Below, in pieces: positions 1 to 10,495 of a stretch of 64,000 nt of DNA (positions are counted from its first letter, which is position 1; each line of letters opens with the position of its first letter). The translations under genes and the position numbers were made by a program. The DNA lies in the NCBI GenBank assembly GCA_963675295.2, contig CAXXKJ010000002.1, positions 96,001 through 160,000 of the forward strand. Direction: 5' to 3'. Below the pieces are notes generated by a model, which had not been told where the DNA came from, searched no databases, and saw only the letters and a list, made by a program, of their open reading frames with translations. The DNA comes from a bacterium (GTDB taxonomy: Bacteria; Electryoneota; Electryoneia; Electryoneales; Electryoneaceae).

Positions 1-1699
1 CGTACAGGAAGCGCTTGATCTTTTTCGTCGAGGTCTTCTGGAACTCTTCGTCCACCAGCCGGAATGTACGGATACGCTTGTAGTCGGCCAGTTCCTTCTG
101 ATACTTCTGGATTTCTGACTTGATCAATGAGTGCACGTCGTCCGGTTCCGCTTTCACCTTCTTGTTTTCGAAGTGAAGGTCGACCTGCTCGTAATCGGGG
201 AAGATCAGGGCGGCGACTTCCTCGCCTAGTCCCTTTTCACGGGGAACGCCGAGTACCAGCGATTCGGCGATGAAGTCGCTGTGGTTGATATAGTGTTCGA
301 TCTCTTCCGGATAAACGTTTTTCCCGCCGCCGGTGACAATCATGTTCTTTGCCCGGCCGGTGATCTGCAGGTAGCCGTCCGAGTCGATCAGTCCGAGGTC
401 GCCGGTGCGGAACCAGCCGTCATCGGTGAAGGTTTCCGCCGTCGCCTTGTCGTTCTTGTAGTAGCCCTTGAACACGTTCGGGCCCTTGATGCAGACTTCG
501 CCGACGCCTTGATCGTTGACATCCAGAATCTTGCACTCAACGCCTGGGATGACCGGGCCGACGGTATGGTGCTTGATTTTCCACGGTCGGTTGACATGCG
601 TGACCGGTGAGGTTTCCGTCAGGCCGTAGCCCTGGAACAGGTTGAGGCCGAGCGTATTGAAGAAGATCGCCACTTGCGGATCGAGCGGACCGCCGCCGCT
701 GCAAAAGATGCGGATCTTGTCCATCCCGGCCTTGCTGCGGAGCCCCTTAAACAACGGCTTCGACAGGTTCAGGCCAACGGCGCTGCCCGCCTTGGCGACG
801 CCCATCAACGTTTTAACCAGCTTGTCCTTGCCCGCCTGCTTCAGCTTGCGCTGCATGCCCATCATCATTTTTTCAAACAGCAGCGGAACACCGACCATGA
901 AGGTGACGCCGGTGTTTTTAATATCCTCGACAATTTCCGCGCTCTTCAGGCTGCGCGCGTAGGTGATGCTGGAACCGCTGTAAATGGGAAGCAGGAATCC
1001 GGCAGTCGCTTCGAAACTGTGGTGCACCGGCAGCACGCTGAGGAACGTGTCCTCTGGGCCGATGCCGAACAGTGAGTAGACAGCGGCAACGTTGGTAATG
1101 ATGTTCCGTTGCGTCAGCATCACGCCCTTGCTGTGGCCGGTGGTACCGGACGTGTACAGAATCGCCGCGAGATCGTCCAGGTCGCGGTCGGGAAGTTCGT
1201 CGTCTCGTTCCTCACCCGCTTCAACGACTTCCGCCAGTGACATGGTCGCCGGTTTGCTGACGAGATTGAAGGCGATGGTTTGTTTGAGGGTTTTAATCGG
1301 CTCCATTTCATCCAGCATCTCGAGAAACTTGTCGCCAGCGAAGATGATTTGGGAGCCGGAATCGGAGATGATGTGACGAATGCCAGACGGCGGCATCAGA
1401 CTGTCAACAGGTACCGCGACGGCACCGGAAGTCTGAATTCCGAGATAGCTGATCGCCCAGTCCGGACTGTTCTGACCGAGCACGGCAACACGATCACCAG
1501 CATTGATGCCTTGGCCAATCAACCAGCGGGCAACAGCGGTCACACGGCGGTGCAGTTCGTTGTAGTCGATTTCAGAGTAGCCTTTCCCGTCCCAGATCCG
1601 CATCACGGGAAAGTTGCCGAAATCCCTGGCACTGCGTTTGGTCAGATCACTGAGCGGAAAGATACCCCGGTCCGGGCGCACGTACTTTTCGTCGGCCAT
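1..1699 (-). CDS. fadD: Long-chain-fatty-acid--CoA ligase (AMP-binding family); runs off the left edge near its C-terminus
   Basis: Manual minus-strand translation from ATG 1699 (MADEKYVRPDRG...) shows the AMP-binding loop ILYTSGTTGHSKG, plus QGYGLTETSP and WFRTGDLG. Absent from the ORF track because it is open at the window edge. Confidence 0.9.
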   Translation of the reverse strand, partial: MADEKYVRPDRGIFPLSDLTKRSARDFGNFPVMRIWDGKGYSEIDYNELHRRVTAVARWLIGQGINAGDRVAVLGQNSPDWAISYLGIQTSGAVAVPVDSLMPPSGIRHIISDSGSQIIFAGDKFLEMLDEMEPIKTLKQTIAFNLVSKPATMSLAEVVEAGEERDDELPDRDLDDLAAILYTSGTTGHSKGVMLTQRNIITNVAAVYSLFGIGPEDTFLSVLPVHHSFEATAGFLLPIYSGSSITYARSLKSAEIVEDIKNTGVTFMVGVPLLFEKMMMGMQRKLKQAGKDKLVKTLMGVAKAGSAVGLNLSKPLFKGLRSKAGMDKIRIFCSGGGPLDPQVAIFFNTLGLNLFQGYGLTETSPVTHVNRPWKIKHHTVGPVIPGVECKILDVNDQGVGEVCIKGPNVFKGYYKNDKATAETFTDDGWFRTGDLGLIDSDGYLQITGRAKNMIVTGGGKNVYPEEIEHYINHSDFIAESLVLGVPREKGLGEEVAALIFPDYEQVDLHFENKKVKAEPDDVHSLIKSEIQKYQKELADYKRIRTFRLVDEEFQKTSTKKIKRFLY

Positions 1700-2014
1700 G
1701 TCGCATTCCGTGTCCGGACCTTGGCTCGGACACGCTCCCTTTGCTGGTCGTCGCTCTTTCGAAACAGGCTGGAATCACGGAAGTTGGCGTCCTGTGTTCG
1801 CTTCCGCAACTCATGAAATGAACATCGAATTTTAGTGCGGAGACAACAATTTTTCGGTCTCTCGGTGTATTTTGGCTGATAATCGTGAGATCGGCATCGT
1901 TTGATGATTGGCCGGTGCCTCGATTCGTGCACCGATCAGCTGGACAGTTTTACTACACTCCCGCACCTCGTCCACAAACTGCGGACGTGGCTGGTTCCTG
2001 AGGAGACGGGTTCC

Positions 2015-3211
2015 GTGTCGTCGAATCAACGTTTATACACAGCAACGTACTTCCTCAGCCTCGCGTACAATTTCCTCATGGCGATGAGCTTCACCAACAA
2101 CGCCGTGTTGCCATTGTACGTGAAGGAGTTGGGCGGGACCGCGTCCACGGTTGGCCTGTTCATGGGCACGGCGGCGGTCTCGGCGGTGGTCATTCGCCCG
2201 TTGATCGGCACTGCGCTTGACCGCTTCGGCGCCAAGCCGGTGATGATGTTCGGCGGGTTGCTGATCGCTTTGCCTCCGCTCGGCTACTGGGCAACGCTCA
2301 GTGGCGGCGAAATGACCTGGCTGGTGTACCTGATCCGAATCGTCAACGGATTCGGCTTCGGCGCACACTTCTCCGCCTTCTTTACTCTCGCGGCATCCAC
2401 CTCACCGCCGAATCGGCGCAACGAAGCCATCGCGATGTATGGCATCTCCGGCCTCGCCGCGCACCTCATCGGTCCCTATCTCGGTGAGTTGATTTTTGAC
2501 ACCCAGGGCTTACCGGGTTTTTTCCTCTTTATTACGCTCTTCGGAGTGCTCGGAATCATCACCCTGCTTTTCATCCATCCACGCGTTGACGAACAAGCGT
2601 TCGCCGGCAAGTCGGCGTCGATGATGTCGTCGTTCAAGTTGCTCGGCTCGGTCGACATGCGGTTGCCGTTTGTGTTATCGGTGTTGCTGAGTGTCTGCTT
2701 TTCGTCGGCTCAGTATTTTATCGCACCACTCGCCCGTGATCGCGGCATCGAGAATTTCGGCCTCTACTTCACGATGTACGCCGTGGCGGGTATCAGCATT
2801 CGGTTGCTGAGCCGGAAGTGGGGGGATCGATTCGGAGTCCGCCGTGTGATGATTCCGGCGTTTGCCTTCTATGGGATGGGGATGGGCACCATTTTCCTCA
2901 GCCAGTCGACGCACATGCTGATGCTGGCCGGCATCTTCAGCGGCCTCGCGCATGGCGTCGTTTTCCCGGCGGTAAACAGTCTCGGCTACAATGTCGCCCC
3001 GCGTGGCCAGGCCGGCAGCGCCGTCGCGTTACTGACCGGAATGGGCGACCTCGGCAGCATCCTGACGGCGTTCCTGTTCGGCGCGATTGCGGAGCAGACG
3101 ACCTATGGATCGGCGTTCGTGCTCGCGTCACTGGGCGGATTTCTGGCGTCCGGGCTCGCCGTCGCGTCCATCGTTCGCCGCCCGGAAGTAATCCAGATTC
3201 GGCGAAACTGA
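2015..3211 (+). CDS. MFS transporter
   Basis: About 12 hydrophobic segments; motif A-like GTALDRFGAK and RKWGDRFGVRR; GTG start after a GAGGAG RBS. Confidence 0.9.
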   Translation: MSSNQRLYTATYFLSLAYNFLMAMSFTNNAVLPLYVKELGGTASTVGLFMGTAAVSAVVIRPLIGTALDRFGAKPVMMFGGLLIALPPLGYWATLSGGEMTWLVYLIRIVNGFGFGAHFSAFFTLAASTSPPNRRNEAIAMYGISGLAAHLIGPYLGELIFDTQGLPGFFLFITLFGVLGIITLLFIHPRVDEQAFAGKSASMMSSFKLLGSVDMRLPFVLSVLLSVCFSSAQYFIAPLARDRGIENFGLYFTMYAVAGISIRLLSRKWGDRFGVRRVMIPAFAFYGMGMGTIFLSQSTHMLMLAGIFSGLAHGVVFPAVNSLGYNVAPRGQAGSAVALLTGMGDLGSILTAFLFGAIAEQTTYGSAFVLASLGGFLASGLAVASIVRRPEVIQIRRN

Positions 3212-3330
3212 CAGCGAAACCCGATAAAAGGGAGTGCTCCTGGTTCCACTTTTGGGAATTCGTGAGATTATTCTGGCTTTTTGCCTCCGAATGAGGTTAT
3301 AATTATGAGTCCGACATCGTGGGAGAGAAT

Positions 3331-4071
3331 GTGAGCAAAAAAGAACAAACGGGTATTGAGCAGGAACCGCAGGCGGAAGCGGAAGGCAAGATCCTCATTA
3401 TTGAGGAGACGAAGCTGCTGCGGGAGATGTTGCGTGGGCTGCTGGAAGCTGCGGGCTACGAGACGGTGACGCTGGACGACGCGCAGGTCGCCATTGATAC
3501 GGTTGCCGAAATCAAGCCGGATCTGATCTTCATCAACACACGCATTCCGAAGGTGGATGGCATCATGGCCGCGAAGGTGATGCGGACGATCCTCGCCGAT
3601 GCGGCGTTGCAGATCATCTTCATCGTGCGCCAGAGCGACCTCATCGACTTCCGCGGGCTGTTTGACGAAGGCGTGGACGACTATTTCCTGCTGCCGTTCA
3701 ACCACGAGGAGCTGGTCGCGCGGGTCAAGCGCAAGTTCGCGATCCGGAATGGTCTGCAGAAGGAGAAGGACCAGGTCCGTCTCGACACGATGTCGCAGCT
3801 GATGATCACCATCGCGCATCACATCAACAACGCGATCACCTCGCTGGCGGCGCGTGCGCACATCACCGACAAGAACAACCCGGACGATGTGCAGGTGCTG
3901 GTCGAGCTGACGCAGAAGCAGACGAAAAAGATCGGTGGCGTGGTCGAAAGCCTGGTCGAGATGGCGCGGAACCGGGATCTGGAATCGACGCAGTACATCG
4001 ACGGTGGCTCGAAGATGTTTGACATCGCGAAGCGTCTGGAAGACAAGATCGGCGAGCCCATCAAGCCGTAA
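3331..4071 (+). CDS. Atypical response regulator: receiver domain plus HisKA/DHp-like helix, no kinase ATPase domain
   Basis: KILIIEE...PDLIFINTRIPKVDG (Asn at the usual phospho-Asp position), then TIAHHINNAIT. Start may be 3319. Confidence 0.8.
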   Translation: MSKKEQTGIEQEPQAEAEGKILIIEETKLLREMLRGLLEAAGYETVTLDDAQVAIDTVAEIKPDLIFINTRIPKVDGIMAAKVMRTILADAALQIIFIVRQSDLIDFRGLFDEGVDDYFLLPFNHEELVARVKRKFAIRNGLQKEKDQVRLDTMSQLMITIAHHINNAITSLAARAHITDKNNPDDVQVLVELTQKQTKKIGGVVESLVEMARNRDLESTQYIDGGSKMFDIAKRLEDKIGEPIKP

Positions 4072-4112
4072 CAGTCGATGGGGAAACCAACCGCAAGACC
4101 CTCAGAAACGTC

Positions 4113-4139
4113 AAACGCCGGGCTGCATGCCCGGCGTTT
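4113..4139. terminator. Bidirectional intrinsic terminator
   Basis: AAACGCCGGGC-TGCAT-GCCCGGCGTTT hairpin between convergent genes. Confidence 0.75.
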
Positions 4140-4165
4140 CCTTTTCCCCTCCCAACGGGAGTCGT

Positions 4166-5347
4166 TTACATATCCAATTCGATGGACATGTAACGTTCTG
4201 TCGTAAACTCCACCAGCTTCGGTGTGATCTGGGCGCCCATGGAGTTGTGAGTCAGAATCAATGTCGGTTTGGTCTGATCGTCCGTGTTTTCTTTCGCAAC
4301 CACACCCTTATACCCGACGAAGCTCTTGGACGCGTTGTCCTTGACCCGCACCGTCGTACCCACCGGATAGCACTGCACCACCTTGACCAAGGCGCTGACC
4401 ACGAACGGATTCCAGGTTCCGGCCTGCCCGTTTACAATCATCGTGATCGCCTGGTCGGGGGCGTATACGGTACCGTCGAAGCTGCCGGTAATCAGGTTGT
4501 CGTAGGCGTTGGCAACCGCGAGGATCTCGGCGTGCCGGTGGATGAAACCGGTGTCCTTGCCACGGTCTTTTGTCGGTGGCCTGCCGAAGCCCTTGAGACC
4601 CTGCGGATAGCCACGGCCATTTTCCATCTCGTGATGCTGCATCACGACGGCCTGTTCGACGAACGCTTCCGGATCACTGGATTCCAGGATAATCTTGGAG
4701 TAGATCGGGTGTTCGCGGATGATCATCTTTTCATCCGCGGTCAGGTCGGTAATCGGTTTCTGCCGCAATTCCCGGAACGCCATCTTGCCGATATCGTGCA
4801 CGATGGCCGCAGCGCCGAGCTGCTTCATCTCGTTATAATCGTACCGGAACTGGCGGCTGATCAGCACCGCGAGCACGGTTGTGTCGACAGCGTGCTCATA
4901 GTCCGCGCCGTCGGTTGACTTCATTTGCAGACCACTGAACATCATGGTCTGTCGTTCAACGATATCCTCCAGCACCTGGCCGACAACTTTCCGCACCGCA
5001 GGCATGTTGACAATCTTCTTCAGCTTGCGGTTTTCTTCCAGGCGTTTCTTGATGTTCTCCGAGCCGAACGTTTCAAAGGCGAGATTGTTTTCAACGTTGG
5101 CGAAAGTTTCCGCCATCTTCTGGTTGGCAATCTGGCGGACGGTGGAGGTGATGACTTCTTCGGGAGCGATGTCCTTGGTGAGCTCATTCATGACATAGAC
5201 GAAACGGATTCCCTTGCTCTTCATGAGCAGAATCATTTCGTCTGTCAGCTCAAATCCTGACGATAGCAGGAGTTCAGACTTTTTGTTGAACAGGGATTTG
5301 CCGAGTACATCTCCCGGCTTGACCTTGTCAATGCTGACAATTTGCAT
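4166..5347 (-). CDS. HD-GYP domain protein (cyclic dinucleotide phosphodiesterase family)
   Basis: VHDIGK and HHEMENGRGYPQGL motifs. Confidence 0.9.
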   Translation of the reverse strand: MQIVSIDKVKPGDVLGKSLFNKKSELLLSSGFELTDEMILLMKSKGIRFVYVMNELTKDIAPEEVITSTVRQIANQKMAETFANVENNLAFETFGSENIKKRLEENRKLKKIVNMPAVRKVVGQVLEDIVERQTMMFSGLQMKSTDGADYEHAVDTTVLAVLISRQFRYDYNEMKQLGAAAIVHDIGKMAFRELRQKPITDLTADEKMIIREHPIYSKIILESSDPEAFVEQAVVMQHHEMENGRGYPQGLKGFGRPPTKDRGKDTGFIHRHAEILAVANAYDNLITGSFDGTVYAPDQAITMIVNGQAGTWNPFVVSALVKVVQCYPVGTTVRVKDNASKSFVGYKGVVAKENTDDQTKPTLILTHNSMGAQITPKLVEFTTERYMSIELDM

Positions 5348-5456
5348 GCGTCGCCGTGTGCTCTGGGTTGATTTTCAGGAAACGATCAAAGATGGGGGAT
5401 TATCCGAACGTACGCAAATCAGGAGCACGTGCGAGCCAGACAGGCTCCCCCGCAGC

Positions 5457-7265
5457 TTACGTCGTCTGATTGTGCGAAGCAACCCGCATGCTGATCAACG
5501 GCTCGCCGTCCTTGTGTGCCGGTGGATCGTCACAGGTTACCGGCAACACATCGCCGCTGGACCGCTGGATGAACAGCGGGTGACGTTTCGTTTCCGCACC
5601 CAGCAATTCATCATAGTCCTGCGCCGACTCGTACGTTTCAGTCTCGAACCGTGAGCCAGTTGCGTACCCCTCCGCGATCATGTCAAAGGTACAGCCTTCG
5701 TAAAACACCCATCTGCCGTGGAACCCTTCCCGCTGTTGCGGTTGTTGCCTCACCGAGTTTTCGCTCGGCACCGGCACCAGCTGGAAGACACGGCGGTCGC
5801 TGAAAATCTGCGAGAAGCGGACGCAGGCCAGCGTGTTGATTTCATCGTTCGCGGTCAATGCGATCAGTTGCCCAATACCGTTCAGGTCGAGTGTTTCAGC
5901 CAACGGATCGGTGAGCACATCGCCCTCGACCGCGTCCAGATCGACCCGCTTCGCCCGCTGCACATTCTGCGGGTTGCGGTCAACCAGCAACACACGTACG
6001 CCCAATTCCTGCAGTTGTTTCGCCAGCGCACGCGCCCAGCCATGTGCGCCGATGATCAGGATACCCTGCGGGTCGGCTTCGGAAATGCGTAGCAATTTCG
6101 CCACCGGGATCGCAGTCAGTCCGTACACCACGACCGTGCTGACGATCACGAGGAAGATAACCGGCACCAGCCGGTCCGCGCCCTCGAAGCCTGCGTCAAT
6201 CAGTGAAAAGGCGAACACGGACGACACCGCCGCGGCGACAATCCCGCGTGGCGCCATCCACGAAAGAAACAGTTTTTCGCGCCAGTTGAGACGGGAACCA
6301 AGCGTGCTGATCCACACCGCCAGCGGACGGATAATGAAAATCAGCACAGCGACAAACACACCGTCCATCCAGTTCAGCGCGAAAATCTCGCTGCGTTGCA
6401 TGCGTGCGGAGAGCAGGATGAACAACGTGCTGATCAGCAGCAGCCGCAAATTTTCCTTGAATTCGACGATTCGCCGCACTGGAACGCGTTTCTGGTTCGC
6501 CAGCAGCACGCCCATCAGGGTAACAGCAAGCAGCCCGGATTCCGGTTGGAAGTGATCAGCGGTCATCAACGCAGCCACCACCAGGCCGAGGCTCAGCGAA
6601 TTTTCGAGGAAATCGGGGACCAGTTCATAACGAACCAACAGGTACATGATTGCCGCCCCGGCGAACCCGGCAGCAGACCCGAACACGATCGTCCGGATCA
6701 ACCCCATGGTCGGCGCTGCGAGGCCCGCACCTGAACCGCCGGCCATCATCTGCTCGAACACGAGCACGGCAAGCATTGCCCCGATCGGATCGATCAGGAT
6801 GCCTTCCCACTTGACTACTGAACCGACTTCACCCTTTGGCCGGACCGACCGCAGCAACGGTCCGACGACGGTGGGTCCAGTCACGGTCAGGATCGCACCG
6901 ATCAGCAGCGACATGGAGAGGGACGTGTCCAGCAGGAACCGGGCGGCTGCCGCGGCTCCGATCCAGGTGACCAGCGCGCCGACGGTGATCAGGTTGCGTA
7001 CCACGGTCCCGAGCTTCGGCAACTCCTTGAACCGGAGTGACAGCCCTCCTTCATAGAGGATCACCGCGACGGAGATGCTGACGATCGGAAACAGCAGGTC
7101 GCCCAGCAGCGCGTCCGGATTCAGCACACCGAGCACCGGCCCGATCAACAGGCCGGCCGCGAGGAGCAGCAGAATTGACGGGATTTTCAGGCGCCACGCC
7201 ACCCATTGCGCGGCGACGCCCAGCGTCAGAATCAGGATGATCTGGTTGAAATCGTGATGGTTCAC
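5457..7265 (-). CDS. NhaP-type cation:proton antiporter with C-terminal RCK/TrkA-N domain
   Basis: ILYEGGLSL, WEGILIDPIGA and APRGIVAAAV motifs; C-terminal ILIIGAHGWAR Rossmann-like motif. Confidence 0.9.
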   Translation of the reverse strand: MNHHDFNQIILILTLGVAAQWVAWRLKIPSILLLLAAGLLIGPVLGVLNPDALLGDLLFPIVSISVAVILYEGGLSLRFKELPKLGTVVRNLITVGALVTWIGAAAAARFLLDTSLSMSLLIGAILTVTGPTVVGPLLRSVRPKGEVGSVVKWEGILIDPIGAMLAVLVFEQMMAGGSGAGLAAPTMGLIRTIVFGSAAGFAGAAIMYLLVRYELVPDFLENSLSLGLVVAALMTADHFQPESGLLAVTLMGVLLANQKRVPVRRIVEFKENLRLLLISTLFILLSARMQRSEIFALNWMDGVFVAVLIFIIRPLAVWISTLGSRLNWREKLFLSWMAPRGIVAAAVSSVFAFSLIDAGFEGADRLVPVIFLVIVSTVVVYGLTAIPVAKLLRISEADPQGILIIGAHGWARALAKQLQELGVRVLLVDRNPQNVQRAKRVDLDAVEGDVLTDPLAETLDLNGIGQLIALTANDEINTLACVRFSQIFSDRRVFQLVPVPSENSVRQQPQQREGFHGRWVFYEGCTFDMIAEGYATGSRFETETYESAQDYDELLGAETKRHPLFIQRSSGDVLPVTCDDPPAHKDGEPLISMRVASHNQTT

Positions 7266-7578
7266 TCGGTACGTGCTCCTGATGGAGTAGACCTAGAAAG
7301 TATATAAGATCCAACATCAGAAAAACGGTATCAATGGAGAACTGCGTGTCTGGACTTCCCGGGAAGTCCAGTGTAACTTCCCGGCGACTGTTCATGTCCA
7401 AGGTAGACCGGGAGAGACCTCCGTTTTTTAAACACCACTTTCAGCAATATGTTCGTGCAACGCCGACTTTTTCGTGTAGATTAATAGGTGGGGTTCTATT
7501 TGCGAAAGAAGTTCGGGGTGCGCAAGGTAAACGTTGGCCGCGGTTCGCAACCCGGCTGCAACAGGAAGGACAGACGGT

Positions 7579-9672
7579 ATGCGCGTACGATTTGTGATGC
7601 TTTTGGTTGGTTTGATGATTTTGGGTACGGCGGGCCTGGCGTTGGCCGATGACCTGATTCATCTGAAGCCGGACCACGTGACGTTCCAGAAAATCAGCAA
7701 GCCCACTGATTTTCAGCAGCAGGGTGGCAACGAGCTCGACGTGTACTCGGATTCGCTTCAGCAGTATACGAACACTCCCTATGTGGGTTATCAGAACGGT
7801 GTGACGTTCTATGCCCAGATGCACTTCACCGCCCCGGGCAACTTCGAGGTTCGTGGTATTTCCGCGTTTATCCTTGACCAGAACCTGAATTCGACTTCAA
7901 CTTCGATGTATGTTTATGAAGACAACAACGGCGCGCCGGGGACGTTGCTCGGTTCGCTGTTGAACGCCCCGACGGATCAGGTTCCGTTCGGCGCCCCGTG
8001 GACCTACATGCGAATTGAATACCCGGACGATGAATCAGGCGTCTCCGTATCCGCAGGTACGGAATTCTGGGTAGTTGTCGGCCCGGCACCGGCATACAGC
8101 TTCTCCAACGGTACAGGCTGGACATTTGTCTGGGATGACGACGGCAATGCCAGCTTCACCGACCACCGCAACACCACCGGCACCCCGGCGACGCTGGGCA
8201 CCGCGATCACCGGTGACTGGGAAATTGACGTGCTCGGCAACGTGGAAGAGTTCTCCAACGTTCGTGCCACCGCACTGGTCAACGACACCCGCCAGTTCCA
8301 CATCATGCCGGATGAGCCGCGCCAGCTGCGCGTAATCATGGAAAATGTCGGCTCGGTTGCGTCCACCGCCGGTTCCGCTTTGTTCACGATTGAAGACGAA
8401 CAGGGCAGCACGGTGTTCACGGAAACGGTGCCTGTCCCCTCGATTTCGGGTGAAGATACCGACAGTGTTGCCACGACCGGTACGTGGACCCCGGCGGACG
8501 ATCAGCGCTTCATCGCGAGCGTCCTGATTACGATTCCGGATGATGGTGATCCGAGCGACAATGCTGCGATGCTGATGCAGGATGTCACCCAGATCGACGA
8601 TTTCTTCACCTATTCGGACGGGACAAGCGACGCGACGATCAACTACCAGGCCGACACTGGCCCGGGCGCGCTTTTCTACCCGCTGGGTTACCCGGCTACG
8701 ATCGACACGATTCGTTTCTATTTCCCGAACGCCGCGAACGACATGTTGTTCAAGCTCTTCGCCATCAACAGCAACAATCAGTTCACGGAACTTTGGTCGA
8801 ACACCGCGAACGTGGTTGTCGGCTGGAATGAGTTCGTGATGCCCGAAACGTACGAGATCACGGAAGGCAGCTTTGTCCCGACGTTGGTCAGCCCGGGCAA
8901 CGTGAGCATTCCGTTCGATACGAACGATCCGATCTCGGCTGCGAACGAGCAGATGCCGATGGCGACCATCACCTGGAACGAGGCTACGCAGGAGATGTCC
9001 GGTTCCTCGAGTGGCAACTGGATGATCCAGGCGTCGATCACCTCGACTCCGCCGCAGGATATCGACATCATCTTCCCGCCGCTGGTCACCAACATTGGTG
9101 AGACTCCGGTGGGTACGCCGCTGACCTATTACCTCCAGTTCAGCAACGAAGGCGAGGATGACGGTCACATCACAGCGATTCAGAACACCTACCCGGAGCT
9201 CGAGATTCCGGCCGCCGCCAACCTGCCGGTAACGATTCCGGCTGGTGGCGATTACAATCTGGAGCTGATCTGGACGCCGACCACGGAAGGTCCGAGGAAC
9301 ATGGGCTTCCAGGTTTCGCATGACGATCCGGATGACAACAACCCGTACATCATCGGCCTGACCGGTAACGCGCTGTCGGGTGTTGCATATACCGATCCGA
9401 CGATCCCGAACACGTACTTCCTCGAGCAGAACAAGCCGAACCCGTTCAACCCTGAAACGACGATTCGTTTCGGGCTGAAGGCTCCGGGCCACGCGACGCT
9501 CACGGTGTACAACCTGATGGGTCAGGAAGTTCGTACGCTGATCGACCAGGAGATGACGCCGGGCAGCCACACGGTGCTGTTCAACGCCAGCGACCTGCCG
9601 AGCGGCGTGTACTTCTACAGCCTCCAGGCGAACGACTTCAAGTCGATCCAGAAGATGATGCTGATGAAGTAA
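7579..9672 (+). CDS. Secreted multi-Ig protein with T9SS type-A-like C-terminal sorting domain
   Basis: Signal peptide; C-terminus QNKPNPFNPETTIRF...SGVYFYSLQ...KMMLMK. Confidence 0.85.
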   Translation: MRVRFVMLLVGLMILGTAGLALADDLIHLKPDHVTFQKISKPTDFQQQGGNELDVYSDSLQQYTNTPYVGYQNGVTFYAQMHFTAPGNFEVRGISAFILDQNLNSTSTSMYVYEDNNGAPGTLLGSLLNAPTDQVPFGAPWTYMRIEYPDDESGVSVSAGTEFWVVVGPAPAYSFSNGTGWTFVWDDDGNASFTDHRNTTGTPATLGTAITGDWEIDVLGNVEEFSNVRATALVNDTRQFHIMPDEPRQLRVIMENVGSVASTAGSALFTIEDEQGSTVFTETVPVPSISGEDTDSVATTGTWTPADDQRFIASVLITIPDDGDPSDNAAMLMQDVTQIDDFFTYSDGTSDATINYQADTGPGALFYPLGYPATIDTIRFYFPNAANDMLFKLFAINSNNQFTELWSNTANVVVGWNEFVMPETYEITEGSFVPTLVSPGNVSIPFDTNDPISAANEQMPMATITWNEATQEMSGSSSGNWMIQASITSTPPQDIDIIFPPLVTNIGETPVGTPLTYYLQFSNEGEDDGHITAIQNTYPELEIPAAANLPVTIPAGGDYNLELIWTPTTEGPRNMGFQVSHDDPDDNNPYIIGLTGNALSGVAYTDPTIPNTYFLEQNKPNPFNPETTIRFGLKAPGHATLTVYNLMGQEVRTLIDQEMTPGSHTVLFNASDLPSGVYFYSLQANDFKSIQKMMLMK

Positions 9673-9698
9673 GCTCCAGCGTATGCTGAAGATTATTT

Positions 9699-9736
9699 AG
9701 TGGCCGTGTCTGCGTGCAGATGCGGCCACTTTTTTG
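9699..9736 (+). terminator. Intrinsic terminator
   Basis: AGTGGCCG...CGGCCACT stem followed by a T-run. Confidence 0.75.
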
Positions 9737-9806
9737 TTGCCCTGAATCGGATTGTTGTCTTGACCAGTGCAGCAACGAACCGGCAATTCCCGGCACACAC
9801 AAAAGA

Positions 9807-9874
9807 CGGGGACACTTTCTCCGAAAGTGTCCCCGCAATAACTCACAACTCGTCACTCACCACTCGCAACTACC
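9807..9874. repeat. CGGGGACACTT/AAGTGTCCCCG palindrome followed by degenerate 7-mer repeats
   Basis: The same palindrome arms recur at 38449-38478; heptamers such as CAACTCG, TCACTCA and CCACTCG follow. Confidence 0.6.
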
Positions 9875-9879
9875 GTCCG

Positions 9880-10176
9880 TCACCCGCCTTCACGGCTGGC
9901 GACGCGTCCGAAATACAGCTGCGCGAGCTTGTGCGTTTCCTGGTCGACCTCCTGGTGGTGATCGTGGAGGTAGGCGGTCAGCTCGTCCTCGCCGATATCA
10001 ATCCCTTTTTCCTCGAGGATCATCTCGAGCAACGTCAGGCGTTTCAGGAACACTTCGGTTGCAGCGGCGAGCGGGCCGGGATGCGCTGTGTGGTACAGCT
10101 GGTGCAGCACGCCGAACGCGCGACTTTGGCCGTAGGGGTCGGCGTCACCCATCTGTTGTGACAGGGGATCGTGCAT
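9880..10176 (-). CDS. Small helical protein, DUF2018-like
   Basis: 98 aa (MHDPLSQQ...LKRLTLLEMILEEKG...); TGATG overlap with the upstream sufT-like gene; family assigned by resemblance only. Confidence 0.6.
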   Translation of the reverse strand: MHDPLSQQMGDADPYGQSRAFGVLHQLYHTAHPGPLAAATEVFLKRLTLLEMILEEKGIDIGEDELTAYLHDHHQEVDQETHKLAQLYFGRVASREGG

Positions 10177-10484
10177 CAGCCAATCCCCAGCGCGTCTTTC
10201 GCGAAATCGCTCATCATGTTCATGTTCCACGGCGGCTCGAAGGTCACTTCCACCAGCACGTCCTTCACTCCTTCGACGCCGAGCACGGTCTGTTCGACAT
10301 CCTTGGCGATCGACTGGCCCATCGGGCAGCCCATCGAGGTCAGGGTCATGATCACATGCGCTTCGTTCTTGTCGTCGATCTTGACATCGTAGATCAGGCC
10401 GAGGTCGACGATGTTGAGGTTCAGTTCCGGGTCAATGACGGCGGTCAGTGCGTCGTAGACAATTTCCGATGTCGGGTTAGCCAT
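10176..10484 (-). CDS. SufT/PaaD-like (DUF59) Fe-S cluster assembly protein
   Basis: VIDPELNLNIVDLGLIY, MTLTSMGCP and FEPPW motifs. Confidence 0.9.
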   Translation of the reverse strand: MANPTSEIVYDALTAVIDPELNLNIVDLGLIYDVKIDDKNEAHVIMTLTSMGCPMGQSIAKDVEQTVLGVEGVKDVLVEVTFEPPWNMNMMSDFAKDALGIG

Positions 10485-10495
10485 GTATCGTATCC

